Shown here one piece after another: positions 53,784 through 63,856 of a stretch of DNA of 64,000 bases. The position numbers and the translations under genes were made by a program. Position 1 is the stretch's first letter; the number at the start of each line of letters is the position of its first letter. The stretch comes from Alphaproteobacteria bacterium (GTDB taxonomy: Bacteria > Pseudomonadota > Alphaproteobacteria > Bin95). The DNA is taken from positions 224,001 to 288,000 of the forward strand of contig CAXXWS020000002.1 in assembly GCA_963665325.3 (NCBI GenBank), given 5' to 3'. The notes below the pieces were generated by a model, which made no database searches, had not been told where the DNA came from, and was given only the letters and a program-made list of their open reading frames with translations.

Positions 53784-54866
53784 ATGGAGGTCTGGACCGG
53801 TTGCATGCCTGCGCCGCGCCGCATCGTTCATGAGGCGCGGGAGCTGGAGGAAAGCGGCTGGGATGGCATAAACGTCGTCGATTCCCAGAACCTCGCCGCG
53901 GATTCCTTTGTCGCGCTGGCCATGGCGGCGACCTCGACAGAGCGGCTGAAGCTCGGCACCGGCGTCTCCAATCCGGTCACGCGAACCGCTGCAGTCCTGG
54001 CCTCGGCGACGGCCACCGTGCACAGCGTCTCGCGCGGGCGGATGACGCTTGGCATCGGCCGCGGCGACTCCGCACTCGCGCATCTGGGCAGGGCGCCGGC
54101 GCGGCTTGGGCAATTCGAGCGCTATCTTCGCCATCTCCAGGCCTATCTTTCCGGCGGCAACGTGCCGTTCGACGAACTCGTCGATATTCCTGCTGCTTCC
54201 GCGCCGCCGGTAGAAACCCTTGGGCTTGCAGAGACCCCGGACGTGAGCGGGATCCGATGGATTGCCGGCACGACGGCGAGGGACGGCAAGCCGCTTGTCG
54301 AGGTCGCGGCGACAGGGCCGAAGGTCATCGCCATCGCGGCGCGGCTGGCCGACAGGGTGATGTTCGCCCTTGGTGCCTCGCCGGAGCGGATCGGCTGGGG
54401 CATCGGCATTGCCCGCGCCGCGCGGGAGGCGGCGGGCCTCGATCCGGAGGGCCTGCGCTTCGGCGCCTATGTCTCCTGCGGCTGCCATCCTGACATGGAA
54501 ACGGCCCGGGACATGGTGCGCGGCAACCTGACGGTCTTTGCGCGCTTCGCCATCATGCACGGCAGGACGAGCGGCCCACTCTCCGACCGGAGCCGGGACG
54601 TGATGCGGAAATTGCGCAGCGCCTATGACATGCACAGGCACACGCAGGGAGACTCAGCCCAGGCAGCGGTGCTCACGCCCGAGTTCATTGAGGAATATGC
54701 CGCCGTCGGATCGCCGGAGCAGGTTCTGGAACGGCTAGCCGGGCTGCGGGAGCTGGGACTGGATAAAGTCGTCATCAACGGCAAGTGGCGCAGCGCCAGA
54801 GGCGGTTCCGGCGCCGCCGCCAGACAGTTGATCGAGACAGAGGTCCTTCCCGCGCTGCGCGCTTGA
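53784..54866 (+). CDS. LLM-class flavin/F420-dependent oxidoreductase (Mer-like)
   Basis: VVDSQN, LGTGVSNPVTR, LGIGRGDS and ATGPK. Start is 53763 (TTG) or 53784 (ATG). Confidence 0.88.
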   Translation: MEVWTGCMPAPRRIVHEARELEESGWDGINVVDSQNLAADSFVALAMAATSTERLKLGTGVSNPVTRTAAVLASATATVHSVSRGRMTLGIGRGDSALAHLGRAPARLGQFERYLRHLQAYLSGGNVPFDELVDIPAASAPPVETLGLAETPDVSGIRWIAGTTARDGKPLVEVAATGPKVIAIAARLADRVMFALGASPERIGWGIGIARAAREAAGLDPEGLRFGAYVSCGCHPDMETARDMVRGNLTVFARFAIMHGRTSGPLSDRSRDVMRKLRSAYDMHRHTQGDSAQAAVLTPEFIEEYAAVGSPEQVLERLAGLRELGLDKVVINGKWRSARGGSGAAARQLIETEVLPALRA

Positions 54867-54869
54867 CCG

Positions 54870-55811
54870 CTATCCCCAGGCCAGTTCGGCGAAGCCCTCG
54901 AGGCGGCGTGTGCAGGTGTCCTCGTCCGGGCTCTCATAGCCGACGATGAGCGTTTCCAGGCCGGCTTCGGCGAAGGCCGCGAGGTCGTCGCGGATGGCGG
55001 CACGGTCGCCGGTGAAGGGGCGGCGGTTGCCCTCGTCGTCGAGAACCGTCTCGCCGGGCATCACCCAGATGGCGTAGAGGCTGCCGGAAGGCGCCGGTCG
55101 CCCGGCTTCTTCGGCCGTTTCCCTCACCTGGGCGAGGCCGGCGGCGTAGCGTTCCGGCGTGTTGAACCGCCAGCGGGGATGGTTGCCGAGCGGATACCAG
55201 GCGTCGCCCAGCCGCCCCGCGCGGCGCCGGGCCGCCGGGCTCTCGCCGCCGACCCAGATTGGGGGATGCGGCTTCTGCGCGGGCTTCGGCGAGAACAGCA
55301 ATCCGTCGAAGGCCACATGCTGCCCCGCATAGGCCGGCGCTGGCTCCGTCCAGAGACTGCGGAAGGCTTCCAGCGTCTCGTTGGCCACCGCGCCCCGGCG
55401 TTCGAAGTCCGGCGCGTCCAGCAGGTCGAACTCTTCGCGCAGCCAGCCGACGCCGACGCCGAGCGTCAGCCTGCCGGCCGAGAGTATGTCCGCCGTTGCG
55501 AGCATCTTTGCGGCAAGCAGGGGCGGGCGGTGGCCCAGCACCATGACAGAGGTAAGCAGCCGGATGCGCTCGGTTGCAGCCGCGAGGAAGCCGACCGTCG
55601 TCACCTGCTCCAGGCATTCGCCCGTGTCCTCCGCGAACCAGCGCCCGTCCTTCGTATAGGGATAGGTCGTGGCGGAGGCGCGGGCGATCACCACATGGTC
55701 GCTGACGCCGAGATAGCCGTAGCCGGCGGCCTCGGCGCGCTGCGCCATTCGGCGCAGGGAATCCGGCTGTCCCGCGGGGCCTCGCAGGCCGAGATGAAGT
55801 CCGAATTGCAT
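54870..55811 (-). CDS. LLM-class probable F420-dependent oxidoreductase (TIGR03619/Rv2161c-like)
   Basis: VSDHVV, YPY, GRLTLGVGVGWLREEF and PKPAQKPHPPIWVGGES. Confidence 0.88.
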   Translation of the reverse strand: MQFGLHLGLRGPAGQPDSLRRMAQRAEAAGYGYLGVSDHVVIARASATTYPYTKDGRWFAEDTGECLEQVTTVGFLAAATERIRLLTSVMVLGHRPPLLAAKMLATADILSAGRLTLGVGVGWLREEFDLLDAPDFERRGAVANETLEAFRSLWTEPAPAYAGQHVAFDGLLFSPKPAQKPHPPIWVGGESPAARRRAGRLGDAWYPLGNHPRWRFNTPERYAAGLAQVRETAEEAGRPAPSGSLYAIWVMPGETVLDDEGNRRPFTGDRAAIRDDLAAFAEAGLETLIVGYESPDEDTCTRRLEGFAELAWG

Positions 55812-55856
55812 GGTGCTCGGTCTCCCTTGGGCTGTTCCGGGACCTGCCTCCAGCGC

Positions 55857-57116
55857 TCAGATGCTCCTGAGCGTTAGCCAGGCGCGGAACGCGGTCTCGA
55901 ACGCGGCGGCGCGAACCGGGCGCAGGCGATCGGCGCTGACCTTGTGTGCCGGCAGCGGCGGCGGATCGCCCCCGAGTGCGGCGTCGGCGAGCCAGTGGCC
56001 GAGCACCGTGCCGGGCCCGATGCCGCGGCCGTTATAGCCCATCACGGCCCAGAGGCCGCGCGCCGGGGTGAGCAGGCGGGGCAGGTGGTCGCGGGTAAGT
56101 GCGATGCGCCCGTGCCACGCGCACTCCCAGTCCAGCTTACCGAGCGCTGGAAACAGCCTGCGGGCGGTCCTATCCGCCCAGCGCTCGGACAGCCGGCCGG
56201 CAAGGCGGCCCATGCTACCGAGGATCAGCCGTCCGGCGCGATCCCGCCTTGCCGAGGTCATCACCGGCGCCGTATCCCACACGCCCTGGCGGCCCGGCAC
56301 GATGTCCGCGCCCGCTTCGCCGAGCGGCTTGCTGGCAATCTGGAAATAGTGGATCGGTGTGTAGGCCGCATCCGCGCCGAGGCCGCCGCCATAGGCATTG
56401 GTCGCCAGCAACACCTGCCCCGCACGAACGCGGCCGTGCGGCGTCTCGACGACCCAGCCGTTTCCGGCGCCGGAGACGCCGGAAACGGGCGTGCCGGCGA
56501 ATATGCGGGCGCCCGCATTGCGCCCGCCCGCGTCGATGGCGGCGGCGGCGAGGCCGCGTGCATAGCCGAGCGGGTTGATGGTGCCGGCCCGCCGATCCAG
56601 CAAGCCGCCGTGAAAGGCGCGGGTGCCGATGGCCTTTGCAGCGGCGTCGCGGTCCAGCAGTTCCACGGGTGCGCCCAGTGCTGACCAGGCTGCGCAGCGC
56701 TCTTCGAGCTCCCGCTGTCCCGATGGGCTGTGGGCGGCGTGGATCGTGCCCGTGCGGGTGGCCTCGCAGTCGATACCGTGCCGGTCGATCAGCGTGAACA
56801 CCCGGTCCGGCGCCTCGGAAAGCGCCGAGACCAGCTGTTCGCCGTTCTCCTTGCCAAGCGCCGCTTCGATGCGGTCTGGCGGTAGCCAGAGGCCGGCATT
56901 GACGAGGCCGACATTGCGCCCGGAGCCGCCATAGCCGATCTCGTTCGCCTCCAGCACGCAGCAGGTAACGCCGCGCTCGGAGAGGTGCAATGCGGCGGAG
57001 AGGCCGGTGAAGCCAGCACCGACAATGGCGACTTCGGTCTCGGTATCGCCGTCTAATGGCGGGCAGTCGGGTCCGGCCGGCGCTGTCCGGGCCCAGAGAG
57101 AGTCCAGCCTAGACAA
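55857..57116 (-). CDS. FAD-dependent oxidoreductase (DAO/PuuB-like)
   Basis: IVGAGFTGLSAA, GGSGRNVG, ATNAY and GYNGRGIGPGT; TTG start. Confidence 0.9.
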   Translation of the reverse strand: MSRLDSLWARTAPAGPDCPPLDGDTETEVAIVGAGFTGLSAALHLSERGVTCCVLEANEIGYGGSGRNVGLVNAGLWLPPDRIEAALGKENGEQLVSALSEAPDRVFTLIDRHGIDCEATRTGTIHAAHSPSGQRELEERCAAWSALGAPVELLDRDAAAKAIGTRAFHGGLLDRRAGTINPLGYARGLAAAAIDAGGRNAGARIFAGTPVSGVSGAGNGWVVETPHGRVRAGQVLLATNAYGGGLGADAAYTPIHYFQIASKPLGEAGADIVPGRQGVWDTAPVMTSARRDRAGRLILGSMGRLAGRLSERWADRTARRLFPALGKLDWECAWHGRIALTRDHLPRLLTPARGLWAVMGYNGRGIGPGTVLGHWLADAALGGDPPPLPAHKVSADRLRPVRAAAFETAFRAWLTLRSI

Positions 57117-58275
57117 CCGACAAATCGGCCGGGTGGCCCATCAGGAAGGCCCCTACGGTGCGAAAATGCGACTTGCGGCCCTGGAGTTGCTGCGTGACGG
57201 AATGGAGGTCGCGGAAGCGGCGCTCAAACTCCGCTTCGGCGAAGATCGCGCTCGCACCAGCCGCGTCGTAGAGCAGGTCGGCGGCCGTCTTCGCTTCGTG
57301 TATGGCGAAGGTGGAGGCGAGGCGGATGCGGATCCGGTCCGCAATTTCCAGCCGGCCCGATTTCTGGGTTGCCGCCCAGATGTCCTCGACCTCGGAGAGT
57401 ACGAAGGCGCGCGCCGAGCGGATGCGCGCAACGGCCTGCGCGGTGTCGTACTGGACGAGGTCGTTGTCCGCGAGGCGCGACTTGTGGAGGCGGGGCGTCT
57501 TGTCCTGTGCCAGCGCCATGAAGGCGTCCAGCACGCCCTGTGCGATGCCGAGCGCCGTGCCGGCAAAGCCCATAGCGTACATGTTCATGCTGAGGAACAG
57601 GTAGAGCGGCGCCTCATATTGGCGGTAGTCCGCCTCGTCCCGGACCGTGGTAAAGGCCGCCGGCACGAAGCGGTCCTTCAGCGTGTAGCCATCGCTCGCT
57701 GTGCCGCGCAGGCCGATGGTGTTCCAGATGTCCTCGATCTCGATGCTCGAAGCCGGCATCAGGAAAGACCGGATGAGCGGCGAGCCGTTGGGCATCCGCT
57801 GGCGCTCGCCGCTTTCGTCCACGACCGGCATATGCGCGCCGAGCCAGGTCGCGTGGCGGGCTCCGCTGGCGAAGGCGATCTTCGCATCGATCCGGTATCC
57901 GCCCTCGACTTCGCGGGCTTCGGCCGGTCCCGGCCCCCAGGCGAGCACGGCGGCCGGGTCGCCGCCCCACATTTCCTCCGCGACTTCCGGCGCGAGATAG
58001 GCGGCGGCCATGGCGCAGCCGTTCGCCTGACAGAGGCACCAGGCGGTGCTGCCGTCGTGGCGCGCAATTTCGGAGATCGTCTTGAAGAACAGCGGCGGCG
58101 GCGTCTCCAGCCCACCATAAGGCTTCGGCAGCAGCATCCGGAACAATTTGTGCTCGTGCAGCGCTTCGAGCAGGTCGGGCGTCAGCCGCCGCTGTCGGTC
58201 GATCTCCAGCGCGGCCGCCTCTATCTCGGAGCCGATGCCGCGCACGGCATCGAGCACATTGTCCGGGCGGGACAT
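57109..58275 (-). CDS. acyl-CoA dehydrogenase-fold flavin-dependent monooxygenase (HsaA/C2-like)
   Basis: LFRMLLPKPYGG, DGSTAW, FASG, WNTIGLRGTAS and ERRFRDLH. Confidence 0.88.
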   Translation of the reverse strand: MSRPDNVLDAVRGIGSEIEAAALEIDRQRRLTPDLLEALHEHKLFRMLLPKPYGGLETPPPLFFKTISEIARHDGSTAWCLCQANGCAMAAAYLAPEVAEEMWGGDPAAVLAWGPGPAEAREVEGGYRIDAKIAFASGARHATWLGAHMPVVDESGERQRMPNGSPLIRSFLMPASSIEIEDIWNTIGLRGTASDGYTLKDRFVPAAFTTVRDEADYRQYEAPLYLFLSMNMYAMGFAGTALGIAQGVLDAFMALAQDKTPRLHKSRLADNDLVQYDTAQAVARIRSARAFVLSEVEDIWAATQKSGRLEIADRIRIRLASTFAIHEAKTAADLLYDAAGASAIFAEAEFERRFRDLHSVTQQLQGRKSHFRTVGAFLMGHPADLSVV

Positions 58276-59354
58276 CAGAACATGATGACGCTGCGCGCCA
58301 CGCTGCCTGATTTCATATCGTCGAAAGCCTGGTTGATATCCTTGAGCTCGATGCGTTGCGAGATCATCTCGTCGAGGCGCAGCTTGCCGTTCAGGTAGAA
58401 ATCGACGAGGCGGGGCATGTCCACCCGGAACCGGTTCGAGCCCATGGTCGAGCCCTGGATGCGCTTCTCGCGCAGGAACTCCGGCCCGTGCAGCTCGATC
58501 TTGGTGCCGACCGGCACCATACCAACGATGGTCGCCGTGCCGCCCGGACGGATCATGCGGAAGGCGTTCTCAGACGTGGCCTTGAGGCCAATGCACTCGA
58601 TGGCGTGGTGGACGCCGCCACCGGTGATCTCCCGCACCTCGCCGACCATGTCCTGCTCTGTCGCGTCGATCACATGCGTTGCGCCGAACTCCTTGGCGAG
58701 GTTGAGCTTGGAGCCGACCGTGTCGATGGCGATGATCCGCCCGGCCCCGGCTATGGCCGCACCGTTGACGGCCGAGAGCCCCACGCCGCCGCAGCCGATG
58801 ATCGCCACGTCCATGCCGGGCTCGACCTTGGCCGTGTGGAAGACGGCGCCCACGCCCGTCATCACGCCGCAGCCGATGAGCGCGGCGCGGTCGAGCGGCA
58901 TGTCCTCGCGCACCTTCACCAGCGCGTGCTCATGCACCAGCATCATCTCGGCATAGGAGGAGAGGTTGGCGAACTGCGTCATCGGCGCGCCGCCCTTGGC
59001 CAGCCGCGGCTCGTCCTCCGGGCCACGCTGCAGGTCCGGGTTATCGCAGAGCGACATATGCCCGGTCAGGCAGTATTCGCACTCGCCGCAAAAGGCGGAG
59101 AGGCAGGTGATGATGTGGTCGCCCTTCTTGACATAGGTGACCTGCTCGCCGACCTCCTCGACGATGCCGGCGCTCTCGTGGCCCAGCACGATGGGCAGCT
59201 TCGCCGGGTAGAGGCCCTCGACGAAATGCAGGTCCGAGTGGCAGACGCCGGCCGCCACAGTGCGCACCAGCACTTCGCGCGGGCCGGGCTTCGATATCTC
59301 CACATCCTCGATTTCGAGCGGCGTGCCGACTTCGCGGAATACGGCGGCTTTCAT
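58275..59354 (-). CDS. Zn-dependent alcohol dehydrogenase (class III-like)
   Basis: GVCHSD, GHESAG, structural Zn CGECEYC...C and GCGGVG. Confidence 0.93.
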   Translation of the reverse strand: MKAAVFREVGTPLEIEDVEISKPGPREVLVRTVAAGVCHSDLHFVEGLYPAKLPIVLGHESAGIVEEVGEQVTYVKKGDHIITCLSAFCGECEYCLTGHMSLCDNPDLQRGPEDEPRLAKGGAPMTQFANLSSYAEMMLVHEHALVKVREDMPLDRAALIGCGVMTGVGAVFHTAKVEPGMDVAIIGCGGVGLSAVNGAAIAGAGRIIAIDTVGSKLNLAKEFGATHVIDATEQDMVGEVREITGGGVHHAIECIGLKATSENAFRMIRPGGTATIVGMVPVGTKIELHGPEFLREKRIQGSTMGSNRFRVDMPRLVDFYLNGKLRLDEMISQRIELKDINQAFDDMKSGSVARSVIMF

Positions 59355-59424
59355 GGGCGTCGTCCTCTCCCGGTATCTTGCTGTCCTCAGGGGCGATGAT
59401 GCCCCAAGCCGGCCACTGGCGGAA

Positions 59425-60444
59425 TCAGTTCTTGGACCGGTCCACCAGCGCGTTTTCGCCGATCCACGGCATCATGCCGCGCAAGCGTGCGCCGACTTCC
59501 TCCACCGGATGCTCCGCCGCGCGCCGGCGCATGGCCTTGAAGCTCGCCTGCCCGGCGGCGTTCTCCAGCACCCATTCGCGTGCGAAGGCGCCCGACTGGA
59601 TTTCGCCCAGAATGGTTTTCATCCGCTCCTTCACGCCAGCGTCCACAATGCGCGGGCCGCGGCTGTAATCGCCGTATTCCGCCGTGTTGGAAACCGAATA
59701 GCGCATCTGCGCGAGGCCGCCCTCATAGATGAGGTCCACGATCAGCTTTACTTCGTGGACGCACTCGAAATAGGCCATTTCCGGGGCGTAGCCGGCTTCG
59801 CAGAGCGTCTCGTAGCCGGCCTGGATCAGCGACGTGATGCCGCCGCAAAGCACGGTCTGCTCGCCGAACAGGTCGGTCTCGCACTCTTCCTTCATGGTTG
59901 TCTCGATGACGCCGGCCCGGCCCGCGCCGAGGGCGCATGCATAGGAGAGGCCGAGTTCCTGGCAGTTGCCGGAGGCGTCCGCATGGACTGCCAGCAGGCT
60001 CGGCACGCCCGCGCCGCGCACATATTCGGAGCGCACCAGGTGGCCCGGGCCCTTGGGCGCGACCATGAACACGTCGAGGTCGGAACGCGGCTCGATGAGG
60101 TTGAAATGGATCGAGAGGCCGTGCGCGACGGCGAGCGCGGCGCCTTCCTTCATGTTGCCGGCAAGGTCGCCGGAATAGAGCGCCGAATGGCCCTCGTCGG
60201 GGGTGAGCATCATCACCACATCGGCAGTCCGCGCCGCCGCATCGGGCGTCATCACGGTGAAGCCGGCGCCCTCGGCCTTCGGCCGGCTGCCGGAGCCTTC
60301 GCGCAGGCCGACGATGACGTTCTCGACGCCGCTCTCCCGCAGGTTGTTGGCATGGGCATGGCCCTGGCTGCCATAGCCCAGTATGGCGACGGTCCGCGAC
60401 TTGATGAGGTTGAGATCGGCGTCGCGATCGTAATAGACGCGCAT
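59425..60444 (-). CDS. ilvC: ketol-acid reductoisomerase
   Basis: [32 protein letters not shown] and SNTAEYG. Confidence 0.98.
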   Translation of the reverse strand: MRVYYDRDADLNLIKSRTVAILGYGSQGHAHANNLRESGVENVIVGLREGSGSRPKAEGAGFTVMTPDAAARTADVVMMLTPDEGHSALYSGDLAGNMKEGAALAVAHGLSIHFNLIEPRSDLDVFMVAPKGPGHLVRSEYVRGAGVPSLLAVHADASGNCQELGLSYACALGAGRAGVIETTMKEECETDLFGEQTVLCGGITSLIQAGYETLCEAGYAPEMAYFECVHEVKLIVDLIYEGGLAQMRYSVSNTAEYGDYSRGPRIVDAGVKERMKTILGEIQSGAFAREWVLENAAGQASFKAMRRRAAEHPVEEVGARLRGMMPWIGENALVDRSKN

Positions 60445-60486
60445 GGGGCAGGCTTCCTTTCTATCGTCGTGTCTGTTCGCAGGCGT

Positions 60487-61044
60487 TCACATGCCTTCGG
60501 CGCCGCGGGCGATGGCCACGACGCCGGTCCGCGCCAGGTCCGTCAGGCCGAGCGGGCGCATCAGGTCGATGAAGGCGTCAATCTTTTCCGTCGAGCCGGT
60601 CACCTCGAACACGAAGGACCGATGCGTGCTGTCCACGGCGCGCGCCCGGAAGATGTCGGCAATGCGCAGCGCCTCGATCCGCCGCGGGCCGCCGCCGACC
60701 ACCTTCACGAGCACCAGTTCGCGCTCGATATGCGGGCCTTCGCTGCTGAGGTCGGACACGCGGTGGACGGGCACCAGTCTCGCAAGCTGTGCCTTGATCT
60801 GCTCCAGCACCATGAGCGTGCCGGAGGTGACGACGGTTATGCGGGAGAGATGGCCGGTCGGATCGATCTCCGCGACCGTGAGGCTCTCGATATTGTAGCC
60901 GCGGCCCGAGAACAGGCCGATGACGCGCGCCAGCACGCCGGGTTCGTTGTCCACGACAACGGCGAAGATACGCCTTTCCTGCGATTGCTCGGTGGCGGCC
61001 AAGTAGGTCTCTCCTCGCGCCGGGCGGCCAGAATTCAGGGCCAA
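60487..61044 (-). CDS. ilvH: acetolactate synthase small (regulatory) subunit
   Basis: VDNEPGVLARVIGLFSGRGYNIESL ACT domain and ERELVLVKV; TTG start. Confidence 0.96.
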   Translation of the reverse strand: MALNSGRPARGETYLAATEQSQERRIFAVVVDNEPGVLARVIGLFSGRGYNIESLTVAEIDPTGHLSRITVVTSGTLMVLEQIKAQLARLVPVHRVSDLSSEGPHIERELVLVKVVGGGPRRIEALRIADIFRARAVDSTHRSFVFEVTGSTEKIDAFIDLMRPLGLTDLARTGVVAIARGAEGM

Positions 61045-61046
61045 TC

Positions 61047-62810
61047 CTAGACGAGGACCATGCCTTCGGCGTCGATCTCCGCCTCCGGGTCTTCCATGCC
61101 GCCCAGGATCATCTCGTTATGCGCCTTGCCGGAGGGAATCATCGGGAAGCAATTTTCCTTCTGCGCGACACGCACGTCGGCGATGACCGGGCCGTCGGCG
61201 GCGATCATCGCGTCAATCAGGCCGTCCATCTCGTCCGGCCGCTCTGCACGCAGTCCCGTCCAGCCGAAGGCTTCGGCGAGGCGCACGAAGTCGGGCAGGC
61301 TGTCGGTGTAGCTCTCGGAATAGCGCTCGCCGTGCAGCAGCTCCTGCCACTGGCGCACCATGCCCATCCACTGGTTGTTCAGGATGAAGAGCTTGACCGG
61401 CAACCGGTATTGCGAGGCGGTGGAGAGTTCCTGGATGTTCATCAGGATCGAGGCCTCGCCGGCCACATCGATCACAAGGGCGTCCGGATGCGCGACCTGC
61501 ACGCCGATGGCCGCCGGCAATCCATAGCCCATCGTCCCGAGTCCGCCCGATGTCATCCAGTGGTTGGGCCGCTCGAAGCGCAGGAACTGCGCTGCCCACA
61601 TCTGGTGCTGGCCGACCTCGGTGGTCACGAACACATCGTCGCGGCCGGCGATCTTCGCCTGGAGGCGCTCAAGGGCGTATTGCGGCTTGATGACCGTGTC
61701 GTCCTGCTCGTATTTCAAGCAATCGCGCTGGCGCCACTTTGCGATCTGGCGCCACCATTTTTCGATGGCACGGTGGTCCGTGTGCCCGCCGCGCGACGAC
61801 CACAGCCGCCGGATCGCATCGACCGCCTTGCCTGCGTCCGCCACGACCGGCACATCGACCATAACGTTCTTGTTGATCGAGGACGGGTCGATGTCGATAT
61901 GCACTTTCTTGGCGTTGGGCGCGAAGCCGCTCAGCAGGCCGGTTACCCGGTCGTCGAAGCGCGCGCCGACAGCAAGGATCAGGTCGGCGCCGTGCATGGC
62001 GAGATTGGCCTCGTAAAGGCCGTGCATGCCGAGCATGCCGACGGATTGCGGATGTGAGGCCGGGAAGGCACCGAGACCCATCAGCGTTTGGGTGCAGGGA
62101 AAGCCTGTGGCCTCGATCAGGCGGCGGAGCACGCGGCACGCAGCCGGTCCCGAATTGATGACGCCGCCCCCGACATAGATCACCGGCCGTTTCGCTTTCT
62201 CGATCAGCGCCACGGCTCTTTCCACCGCCTGCGGCTCGGGCCGCGTGCGGGGCTTGTAGCTCCTGTGCTTTACCTCCTCCGGCGGCTTGTAGGCGCCAGT
62301 GGCGAACTGCACGTCCTTGGGGATGTCCACCACCACCGGTCCGGGACGGCCGCTGCGTGCAACATAGAATGCCTCGTGAATAGTGCCGGCGACATCGTCC
62401 GCGCTGCGGATGAGGTAGTTGTGCTTGGTGCAGGGCCGGGTGATCCCGGTCGTGTCCGCCTCCTGGAAGGCGTCGTTGCCAATCAGGTGGGTCGGCACCT
62501 GGCCGGTCAGGCAGACGACCGGCACGCTGTCCATGAGCGCATCGGTGAGGCCGGTCACCGCGTTGGTCGCGCCGGGTCCCGAGGTCACGAGCACGACGCC
62601 GACCTTGCCGGTCGAGCGGGCATAGCCTTCCGCCGCGTGGACGGCGCCGCCTTCCTGGCGGACAAGGAAATGGCGCAGCTGGTTCTGCTTGAAGATCTCG
62701 TCATAGATCGGCAGCACGGCGCCGCCCGGATAGCCGAAGACCGCCTCGACACCCTGATCGACGAGGGCTTTGACGATCATTTCGGCGCCGGTCATGGTCC
62801 TGACGGTCAT
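61047..62810 (-). CDS. ilvI: acetolactate synthase large subunit
   Basis: FGYPGGAVLP, TSGPGATN, DAFQEAD, GMHG, VGQHQMW, SGGLGTMG and GMVRQWQ. Confidence 0.97.
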   Translation of the reverse strand: MTVRTMTGAEMIVKALVDQGVEAVFGYPGGAVLPIYDEIFKQNQLRHFLVRQEGGAVHAAEGYARSTGKVGVVLVTSGPGATNAVTGLTDALMDSVPVVCLTGQVPTHLIGNDAFQEADTTGITRPCTKHNYLIRSADDVAGTIHEAFYVARSGRPGPVVVDIPKDVQFATGAYKPPEEVKHRSYKPRTRPEPQAVERAVALIEKAKRPVIYVGGGVINSGPAACRVLRRLIEATGFPCTQTLMGLGAFPASHPQSVGMLGMHGLYEANLAMHGADLILAVGARFDDRVTGLLSGFAPNAKKVHIDIDPSSINKNVMVDVPVVADAGKAVDAIRRLWSSRGGHTDHRAIEKWWRQIAKWRQRDCLKYEQDDTVIKPQYALERLQAKIAGRDDVFVTTEVGQHQMWAAQFLRFERPNHWMTSGGLGTMGYGLPAAIGVQVAHPDALVIDVAGEASILMNIQELSTASQYRLPVKLFILNNQWMGMVRQWQELLHGERYSESYTDSLPDFVRLAEAFGWTGLRAERPDEMDGLIDAMIAADGPVIADVRVAQKENCFPMIPSGKAHNEMILGGMEDPEAEIDAEGMVLV

Positions 62811-62843
62811 GGGCCTGTCTTCCGAATTCCGGGAGAGTGCGCG

Positions 62844-62872
62844 AACCTAAACACCGCTAAACCGCTGGTCAA
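62844..62872 (-). promoter_or_regulatory. putative sigma70 promoter of ilvIH
   Basis: Minus strand TTGACC-N17-TAGGTT. Confidence 0.5.
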
Positions 62873-62923
62873 CAGGCAGAACGGCATGTCCGGGGCTCCG
62901 TGGAAACCGCTCCCGGCGGCCTG

Positions 62924-63856
62924 TCACGGGCTGCGAACCGCCTCCGGCAGGCCGGCCATTGCGGCGGCGAACAGGGCAGGAGAATAGTCCTCCCGGAATC
63001 CTGCGTCGGCGCGAAGGCGGTTGCGGAACCAGGTGCGCTGGCGCTTGGCGAAGCGACGGGTGGCGAAGACCGCCCGCCTTTTGGCCTCGTCAAGCGCGAT
63101 CTTCCCGGCGAGACAGGCATGAAGCTCGGGCAGCCCCAGCGCCTTCATGGCGGGCAGGTCGGGATCGAGGCCCCGAAGGCGTTCCGCTTCCTCGACTGCG
63201 CCACTGGTGAGCATGGCGTGGAAGCGCTCTTCGATGCGCGCGTGCAGCCGTTCGCGCGGCGGGTCCAGCAGCACCGTCCAGGCCCGCAGCGGTTCGGGGC
63301 GCGGCCCTGCCTGCCAGTCCGTGAGCGGCGTCCCGGTCGCCTCGAACACCGCCCAGGCCCTGAGCAGCCGCTGGCGGTCGCCGGGCGGCACTCGCCGGGC
63401 GAGGTCCGGATCGCGCGCAGCGACCTCGCGGTGGAAGCCCTCAGCGCCCAGCGTTTCGTGGCGGGAACGGGCCATGGCCTCGAACCCGGGCGCGACCTCC
63501 GGCATGTCGGAAAGGCCGTGCAGCAGTGCCTCGACATAGAAGCCGGTGCCGCCGCAGAAGATCGCCGGCCCCCCATCCGGCTCGCGGAGTGTCCTGAGCG
63601 CCATCTCGCGCCAGCGCGCAGCGGAACACCGTTCCCAAGCGGACAGGACGCCGTAGAGACGGTGCGGCACCCGCGCCTCGTCGTCCCGCCCTGGCCGCGC
63701 ATTCAACACCCGGAGCTCGCGATAGACCTGCATGCTGTCGGCATTGACCACCCTGCCGCCGAGCGCGGCCGCCATTTCCAGCGCCAGCTTCGATTTGCCG
63801 CTCGCCGTGGGGCCCGCAATGACGATGATGGGCGGCGTGTCGCAGGAGGATGGCAT
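62924..63856 (-). CDS. miaA: tRNA dimethylallyltransferase
   Basis: IAGPTASGKS, NADSMQVY, GGTGFY and TRRFAKRQRTWF. Confidence 0.96.
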   Translation of the reverse strand: MPSSCDTPPIIVIAGPTASGKSKLALEMAAALGGRVVNADSMQVYRELRVLNARPGRDDEARVPHRLYGVLSAWERCSAARWREMALRTLREPDGGPAIFCGGTGFYVEALLHGLSDMPEVAPGFEAMARSRHETLGAEGFHREVAARDPDLARRVPPGDRQRLLRAWAVFEATGTPLTDWQAGPRPEPLRAWTVLLDPPRERLHARIEERFHAMLTSGAVEEAERLRGLDPDLPAMKALGLPELHACLAGKIALDEAKRRAVFATRRFAKRQRTWFRNRLRADAGFREDYSPALFAAAMAGLPEAVRSP

